A stretch of DNA of 64,000 bases from assembly GCA_963743325.1 (NCBI GenBank), contig CAVUOZ010000006.1, positions 5,207 to 69,206 of the forward strand, given 5' to 3'. The DNA comes from an uncultured Ignavibacteria bacterium (GTDB taxonomy: Bacteria; Bacteroidota; Ignavibacteria; Ignavibacteriales; Ignavibacteriaceae). Each line of letters starts with the position of its first letter. Position 1 is the stretch's first letter. The notes under the pieces were generated by a model. It saw only the letters and a list, made by a program, of their open reading frames with translations, was not told the DNA's origin and ran no database searches. Of this stretch, positions 58,429 through 64,000 are shown piece by piece. Made by a program: the position numbers and the translations under genes.

Positions 58429-59238
58429 GTGAAAAAACTATTTCTATACATATTTTTAGCTGTCAGTTCTGTAATTACCCTGATTCCTTTTCTATGGATG
58501 ATTTCAGCATCATTTATGCCTGACGGAAAAGCGAGTGTTTATCCCCCGGTATTTTTCCCGACGGAGTTTGTGCTTGATCAGTATGTTCACCTGCTTACAA
58601 GATTGAGCGTAGCCAGAAGCTTTTTGAATAGCATTCTGGTTTCTACTATGGTCACATTCTTTTCCCTGTTTTTTAATTCGATGGCTGGTTATGCCTTTGC
58701 TAAATATAGATTCGCCGGGAAAAACAAATTATTCAATTTACTCCTTGTTAATATGATAGTTCCCAGCCAGGTGACTATGCTTCCATTATTCCTTATGCTG
58801 AAATCAATTGGATTAATAAACACATACATGGCAATACTGGTTACCGGATTAGCAAACATATTCGGTATCTTTTTAATCAGGCAGCATTGCATGGCAATCC
58901 CTGACAGTTTAATTGAAGCTGCAAAAATGGACGGAGCAACAGATTTCCAGGTTTACAGGAAAATAATTCTACCGCTTGCCGTCCCCGTTCTTGTTACATT
59001 AGGAATTATTACTTTCCTTGGAACCTGGAATGATTTTCTCTGGCCTTTAATTGCTCTTACAGATGATTCCATGTATACCCTGCCCGTAGCACTCTCCAGC
59101 TTAATGCTTGAGCATACAAAAGATCCCGAGCTAATGATGGCAGGTTCAGTAATAACGATTATTCCGGTCGTAGTAGTATTTCTGGTGCTTCAGCGATATT
59201 ATATTAAAGGGATAATGCTAGGTGGTGTAAAAGAGTAA
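58429..59238 (+). CDS. ABC sugar transporter permease (MalG/UgpE-like)
   Basis: GTG start. 6 TM helices and EAA loop SLIEAAKMDGATDFQVYRKIILPLA. No cognate ATPase gene follows. Confidence 0.85.
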   Translation: MKKLFLYIFLAVSSVITLIPFLWMISASFMPDGKASVYPPVFFPTEFVLDQYVHLLTRLSVARSFLNSILVSTMVTFFSLFFNSMAGYAFAKYRFAGKNKLFNLLLVNMIVPSQVTMLPLFLMLKSIGLINTYMAILVTGLANIFGIFLIRQHCMAIPDSLIEAAKMDGATDFQVYRKIILPLAVPVLVTLGIITFLGTWNDFLWPLIALTDDSMYTLPVALSSLMLEHTKDPELMMAGSVITIIPVVVVFLVLQRYYIKGIMLGGVKE

Positions 59239-59304
59239 GGTTTGTAAAAGTGGAGGTTGTGTTGTGAATAGGAGTGTCAGTTCATAATCAGACGGTTTGT
59301 CTTT

Positions 59305-60291
59305 TCATTTTATTCCTATCATCAAATCTGATCCGAACGAGGTGTTTTTTCTCTCTATCCTGGTTATCCCTGCCGCTATAAACCATTCCTTCATTTCTCT
59401 TTCTGTATAAGTATCGCCGCTTGTTGTTCCCACGAGCATATTAAGAGAGAATATGGCACCATAAGAAGGCTGAGTTCTATCTTCGTTCATTATAAAATCA
59501 TTAATTATAATCATTCCATTATGATTCAGCCCATCCGCACTTTTCATAATCAGCATTTTATTTTGTTCGTAACTATTAATGTGAACTATCGCGGATAAAA
59601 GAATTAAATCATAACCGCTTCCGAAGTCTCCGGTTAAATAGTCACCTTCAATAAAATCAAATTTACCGGTCAGGCCTGCAGCGTTAACATACTTTCTGGT
59701 AAGGGGAATAACGTGAGGCAAATCCAGCACCACTGCATTTATTAAAGGCTTCCGTTTAACCAGTTCTATTGAAAAAGCTGCAGATCCGCCGCCAACATCC
59801 AGAATTTTATTAACCTCTGTGAGATCGATCATCATTGCAAGAATTTTACCCTGCTTTACTCCGCGGTAATGCATCGCACTGATAAACGCTTCAACCCATT
59901 CTGTTTTTTCCGTTTTATTCTGATCGCCCTTAAATGAACTTCCCCTGATTACCGAATCTGTAAGATAACTCCATGTATTCCATAGATGGTTAGTATGGTA
60001 TAGTCCTCCCATAAAATCATGTTTGCCTTCAACAAGGTACTTCGATGCCGTCTCTGTATTGTAAAATTTCCCCTTGACTTTTTTCAGCATACCCATTGCA
60101 CAAAGAGCATTCATCAACCTGTCAGCTGCTCCGGGATCAGCATTTACTTTTGCTGATACTTCCTCAGAAGTCATCAAATGGTTATCAAGCACGGTAAAAA
60201 TTTTTAATTCAAAGGCAGATAATAATATGCGGCTTTCCTGGAATGAATTCGCTTTATTCCTTATATCTTCGGCAGATTTAATCTCTTCCAT
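59305..60291 (-). CDS. Class I SAM-dependent O-methyltransferase (family 2 with N-terminal dimerisation/winged-helix domain)
   Basis: 328 aa with SAM motif I ILDVGGGSAAFSIEL, acidic loop VLDLPHV and GDYLTGDF. Confidence 0.75.
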   Translation of the reverse strand: MEEIKSAEDIRNKANSFQESRILLSAFELKIFTVLDNHLMTSEEVSAKVNADPGAADRLMNALCAMGMLKKVKGKFYNTETASKYLVEGKHDFMGGLYHTNHLWNTWSYLTDSVIRGSSFKGDQNKTEKTEWVEAFISAMHYRGVKQGKILAMMIDLTEVNKILDVGGGSAAFSIELVKRKPLINAVVLDLPHVIPLTRKYVNAAGLTGKFDFIEGDYLTGDFGSGYDLILLSAIVHINSYEQNKMLIMKSADGLNHNGMIIINDFIMNEDRTQPSYGAIFSLNMLVGTTSGDTYTEREMKEWFIAAGITRIERKNTSFGSDLMIGIK

Positions 60292-60426
60292 TTTGATAGT
60301 CTTAAACTAATTATAAAAATATGCCTTAAAAATAACAAGAGATTTTAAATCAAAAAAAATTATTCCATTCTGAGTTATTTTACATCAAGAATGATTCTTT
60401 TTCATTTAGATTCTGAGTACGGAATT

Positions 60427-61254
60427 TTATCTGACTACATTAGGATATAATTTTGTCGCAATTGCAGTTAATATTACCATTGATAAAATGAGAGCGGCAA
60501 AATCGAAACCTATACCGTACTGACTGTGTCCTCCATTAATCATAAAAGCTCTGAGTGCATCAACCTCGTATGTAAGCGGATTCACGTGTGCGAGTGCTTT
60601 AAGCCAGTCAGGCATAATTGCAATCGGGTAAATAGCATTGCTGGCAAAGAATAAAGGCATTGTAAGGACCTGACCTATGCCCATAAATCTTTCCCTGGTT
60701 TTAACTATACAGGCAATAATTAATGAAAAGGTTGAAAAAAGAGAAGCGCTGATAATAACTACAAACAGGATTCCAATCAGATTCAAAGGCTGCCAGGAGA
60801 GGTCTACTCTCAATAAAAGAGAGAGGATATAAATGATAACTGCCTGGGAAAGGGCGCGCACTCCTGCAGAAAGTGCTTTTCCGAGAACAAGCGCTGACCT
60901 GGGCGTGGGGCTTACAAGAAATTTATGAAGAATTCCGAGATCTCTTTCCCAGATGACTGCAATACCATAAAAGATTGCTACAAATAAAACACTCTGGGCA
61001 AGAATTCCGGGTGCCATAAAATCAAGGTAGCTTAAATTGCCTGTGGGAATTGCCCGAACGCGAGTAAAAACTTCACCAAAAATGAGCATCCATAGGGCCG
61101 GTTGCAATGCACGTGTAAATAATTCGGTTGGATCATGTCTTAACTTTCTAACTTCTAATTCAGCTATAACGAAAACTTTATTTATAAAGTTAGACAACCA
61201 TTCTAGTGGCTCCAGCTTGCGGATAATTAACTGATTATCCAAGTCGTTTGACAT
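60427..61254 (-). CDS. ABC-2 type exporter permease
   Basis: 6 TM helices and the typical ABC-2 pattern (ELEVRKLRHDPTELFTRALQPALWMLIFG, IWERDLG). The start was chosen at Met-14 of the ORF-track call and is uncertain. Confidence 0.75.
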   Translation of the reverse strand: MSNDLDNQLIIRKLEPLEWLSNFINKVFVIAELEVRKLRHDPTELFTRALQPALWMLIFGEVFTRVRAIPTGNLSYLDFMAPGILAQSVLFVAIFYGIAVIWERDLGILHKFLVSPTPRSALVLGKALSAGVRALSQAVIIYILSLLLRVDLSWQPLNLIGILFVVIISASLFSTFSLIIACIVKTRERFMGIGQVLTMPLFFASNAIYPIAIMPDWLKALAHVNPLTYEVDALRAFMINGGHSQYGIGFDFAALILSMVILTAIATKLYPNVVR

Positions 61255-62041
61255 TGCGTCTTGTTCTAGATACATCTTTAAAGTTACCTCCATATTCTCC
61301 GGATTCTAAAGTATTTCCAATGTAGAAATCAAACACTTTATTTAAACTCGCACCATCATCACCTATCGAAACTTTCAGCTCCAGGGGGGAACCGATTGCA
61401 GCGATGCTTCCCTTATTAAGTATTGCGATCCGGTTACACATTTCATCCGCTTCTTCCATATAATGAGTCGTCATTAAAACTGTAGTACCGTTTTCAGCAA
61501 GTATTTTTATAAATTCCCAAACGCTTTCCCTTGCTATTGGATCAAGACCGACTGTAGGTTCGTCCAGGAAAAGAATCAAGGGATTATGCAGAACTGCCTG
61601 TGCAATTTCCAGCCGTCTGATCATTCCCCCTGAATAATTTTTTACAAGTTTGTCGCCGGAATCTGAAAGTCCCATAAATTTAAGAGAATCATCAATTCTT
61701 TTTCTGACTTCTTTAGCGGGAATATCATATAATTTTGCAAAGATGAGGAGGTTTTCGTAACCGGTAAGATTTCCATCTGCTGAAAGTAATTGCGGAACAT
61801 AACCTATTAATCTTCTGACTTTAAAAGAATTCTTAACTACGTTTAATCCTCCGATTAAAGCTTCACCTGAGGTAGGCGGCAAAAGCGTAGTTAATATTTT
61901 TATTGTAGTTGTTTTCCCTGCTCCATTAGGTCCTACGACACCAAAGACCTCACCTTTTTTAATGTCGAATGATATAGAATTAACAGCTGTAAAATCACCG
62001 AACTTCTTTGTTAAATTTTTTACTTCTAATATTTTGTTCAT
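61235..62041 (-). CDS. ABC transporter ATP-binding protein (DrrA/ABC-2 type)
   Basis: Walker A GPNGAGKTTT, Q-loop, signature YSGGMIRRL, Walker B ILFLDEPTVGLD and H-loop TTHYMEEA. Confidence 0.9.
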   Translation of the reverse strand: MNKILEVKNLTKKFGDFTAVNSISFDIKKGEVFGVVGPNGAGKTTTIKILTTLLPPTSGEALIGGLNVVKNSFKVRRLIGYVPQLLSADGNLTGYENLLIFAKLYDIPAKEVRKRIDDSLKFMGLSDSGDKLVKNYSGGMIRRLEIAQAVLHNPLILFLDEPTVGLDPIARESVWEFIKILAENGTTVLMTTHYMEEADEMCNRIAILNKGSIAAIGSPLELKVSIGDDGASLNKVFDFYIGNTLESGEYGGNFKDVSRTRRNVKRLG

Positions 62042-62443
62042 CTATCGTATGAAGATTATTGTTAATTGAATTAGACAAATATACCTAGCCAAAAGTTTAA
62101 TATTCACATCCAAGTTTGTAAAAGTTTCGCACAAAGCAGCAGAAATAAATGACATCCGGATAAAGAAGCAAACTGTCAAATAACTTGTGAGAGAAATCAA
62201 CAAAAGAAATTTTTCGACTCAGTAATTTTATTATGCAAAACAGAGCACACCTATGATTGAAAATGAGGCGGTTATTTTACATTATGAGTTTAATGAGCAG
62301 GCGAATAATACAAAGCGAACCCACGCAATTCGTATCGTATTTTACTGGATTCAGACGATCAAGCTGCCCACCGTGATTAAACTTTAAACAATATTACCGT
62401 GTCCAATTACAGCAATCAGAAATAAATTCGACGGAAATCTATA

Positions 62444-62794
62444 ATGAAAAGTGTAATTGTGTTAATTACTGCTGCTTTGTTGATTCTGTGAGTAACAGGT
62501 TTCGGACAATCGAAGGTTACCCAGCAGGAAAGATTAAAAAATCTTAAACAAAGACTCAACTTAACTGAAGAACAGTATGCTAACATTGAACAAATCCTTA
62601 CATGGTAATTTGATGAGATACAAAAACTTCGCGCGAGTGCAAATCCGGACCGGGAAGGGTTCAGAAGGATCAGAGATGAATCGAACCAGGAAATCCTGAA
62701 AATACTTGATGAAAAACAAAAATCCGAATTCAATAAAATGCTGGACGAAAGACGAAATTTCCAGCATCATGATTTAAATAATAAAAATCAATAA
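62444..62794 (+). pseudogene. Spy/CpxP-like LTXXQ-motif periplasmic protein gene with two in-frame stop codons
   Basis: One frame reads MKSVIVLITAALLIL-TGA(62489)-VTGFGQSKVTQQERLKNLKQRLNLTEEQYANIEQILTW-TAA(62606)-FDEIQKLRASANPDREGFRRIRDESNQEILKILDEKQKSEFNKMLDERR...stop(62792). That gives a signal peptide plus LTEEQ and LDEKQ repeats. It is not in the ORF track because of the stops. Confidence 0.6.
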
Positions 62795-62837
62795 TATGTT
62801 TTTATGATAATTAAATAATTCTGTTTGAGAAATCCAG

Positions 62838-64000
62838 ATGAAAAAGAAAATTATAATAGGTTCAGTATTATTAGCTGCCGTTCTGGTCATTTATTTAATT
62901 TTTTTTAACAGCAGTAATGCCGATACAAATAAATTTACATTCGCTCAGATAAAAAAGGGCGATTTAAGTACAACAATTACCAGCACAGGAACACTCCAGG
63001 CGGTTACAACTGTGGATGTTGGTACACAGGTTTCCGGAAGGATTGATAAAATACTTGTCGATTTTAATTCAAATGTCAGGAAAGGTCAATTACTGGCCAT
63101 ACTCGATACCACTAACCTTGCTCTACAGGTCAGAAATGCAATTGCAGAGCTGCAGAAAGCCCAGGCTCAGTACGATATTTCCAAAGCTCAGTTTGAAAGA
63201 GATCAGTCTTTATATGAGAAAAAATTTCTGTCGGAACTGGACTATGTAACCTCAAAATCAAATTATCTGAGTGCAGAAGCTAATTTAACTTCGGCACAGG
63301 CTTCGTTAGCACAGGCAAAGACTAATCTGGGTTATGCTTTTATATACTCTCCGATTAAAGGCAAGATTATAAATAGAAATGTAGAAGAAGGACAAACAGT
63401 TGCTTCAAGTTTATCTGCACCCACACTTTTTACAATCGCTGAAGATTTAGCTAAAATGCAGATCCTTGCCGATGTTGATGAAAGCGATATAGGGCAGATC
63501 AAAGTAGGACAGAAAGCAAAATTCAATGTTCAGGCCTACCCTGAGAAGGATTTTATCGGGCAGGTAGTTCAAATCAGACTGGGTTCAACTGTTGTTTCTA
63601 ATGTCGTGAATTATGTCGTAGTTATAAACGCGGATAATAATAATGGTCTGCTTCTTCCGGGAATGACTGCGACAATCGATTTTTTTGTGGAACAGAGAAA
63701 TAATGTACTGATGATTCCAAATGCTGCACTGAGATTCCAGCCGACCGAAAAAATGTTAGCAGATTATAATGCAAAAATGAAGAAGGGGAGAAATAATCTG
63801 CCTGATAGCCTGAAGCAGAAGTTTCAAACCTTTGGAAGCCGCGGAGGAAATCCAAACTCGACCGGCGGTAATGCGGGTACCGGCAGCAAAACAAGAGGAT
63901 CTTTCTGGTTTATTGACGAAAATGGAAATCCGGAAATGGGATTTGCTTTGCTTGGTTTAACTGACGGAAAAAACACGGAAATCGTGAGAAGCAGGAATGT
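62838..64000 (+). CDS. MacA/HlyD-family periplasmic adaptor (membrane fusion protein), 3' end beyond the window
   Basis: Hand translation from ATG 62838 is open to the window edge. It reads MKKKIIIGSVLLAAVLVIY (anchor), GTLQAVTTVDVGTQVSGRIDKILVDFNSNVRKGQLLAILD (lipoyl-like), a coiled-coil region, YSPIKGKIINRNVEEGQTV, and AKMQILADVDESDIGQIKVGQKA. It is absent from the ORF track because no stop is reached. Confidence 0.8.
   Translation, partial: MKKKIIIGSVLLAAVLVIYLIFFNSSNADTNKFTFAQIKKGDLSTTITSTGTLQAVTTVDVGTQVSGRIDKILVDFNSNVRKGQLLAILDTTNLALQVRNAIAELQKAQAQYDISKAQFERDQSLYEKKFLSELDYVTSKSNYLSAEANLTSAQASLAQAKTNLGYAFIYSPIKGKIINRNVEEGQTVASSLSAPTLFTIAEDLAKMQILADVDESDIGQIKVGQKAKFNVQAYPEKDFIGQVVQIRLGSTVVSNVVNYVVVINADNNNGLLLPGMTATIDFFVEQRNNVLMIPNAALRFQPTEKMLADYNAKMKKGRNNLPDSLKQKFQTFGSRGGNPNSTGGNAGTGSKTRGSFWFIDENGNPEMGFALLGLTDGKNTEIVRSRN

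Noticed and set aside
62489-62491. In-frame TGA in the LTXXQ gene as selenocysteine or recoded codon
   Set aside because: The position is in a signal peptide, I saw no SECIS-like hairpin downstream, and the same gene also carries an in-frame TAA. All other genes in the window use TGA, TAA and TAG as normal stops.
1-64000. Search for tRNA, rRNA, CRISPR arrays, IS elements, integrases, phage genes and toxin-antitoxin or defence genes
   Set aside because: I found no T-arm or cloverleaf-like segments, no regularly spaced repeats, and no transposase, integrase or nuclease-type ORFs in any frame. By-eye scanning can miss small ncRNAs.

Overview
This is a low-GC chromosomal segment that looks like an Ignavibacteria/FCB-group bacterium. 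The taxonomic guess is by eye: several secreted proteins end in a type IX secretion C-terminal domain (NYPNPFNP.TTI...KKMILLK), and there is a TonB-dependent receptor glycan locus. All calls rest on reading the ORF translations and the DNA; no database search was possible.

The window has four blocks.

1. 203-8379 (+): a compact Mvh-type (group 3c-like) [NiFe]-hydrogenase locus (mvhD, mvhG, mvhA, endopeptidase). It is preceded by two HdrA paralogs that flank a QmoC/HdrE-like FeS plus cytochrome-b membrane subunit. No HdrB/HdrC CCG subunit is present.

2. 8428-17240 (-): a sensor kinase and a single-domain response regulator, then the maturation operon hupE, hypA-hypB fusion, hypF, hypC, hypD, hypE. 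hypF, hypD and hypE are broken by at least 8 frameshifts, while their neighbours are intact.

3. 17430-28130: mixed accessory genes. These include a BNR/T9SS protein, beta-barrels, DDAH, PPK2, a radical SAM protein and a metallophosphoesterase, interspersed with several gene remnants.

4. 28581-59238 (+): a glycan-utilisation locus of about 30 kb.
   - It opens with a consensus sigma70-like promoter overlapped by a 28-bp perfect palindrome, followed by a LacI-family repressor gene.
   - Next is a SusD-less outer-membrane module: a CBM9-like T9SS protein, a TonB-dependent receptor, a 1051-aa Ca-binding-repeat protein and a PorV-like barrel.
   - The enzymes are a GH94 phosphorylase, two GH144-like enzymes, GH3, GH43-like, GH15-like, an esterase and GH2.
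   - It ends with an ABC sugar importer.

The window closes with an O-methyltransferase, an ABC-2 exporter, an LTXXQ/Spy-like gene carrying two in-frame stops, and a MacA-like adaptor that runs off the 3' edge and is absent from the ORF track.

I found no rRNA, tRNA, CRISPR array, transposase or integrase. The most notable observations are the Qmo-like/Mvh hybrid hydrogenase locus, the selectively decayed hyp operon, and the TBDR/giant-protein/PorV-like module.
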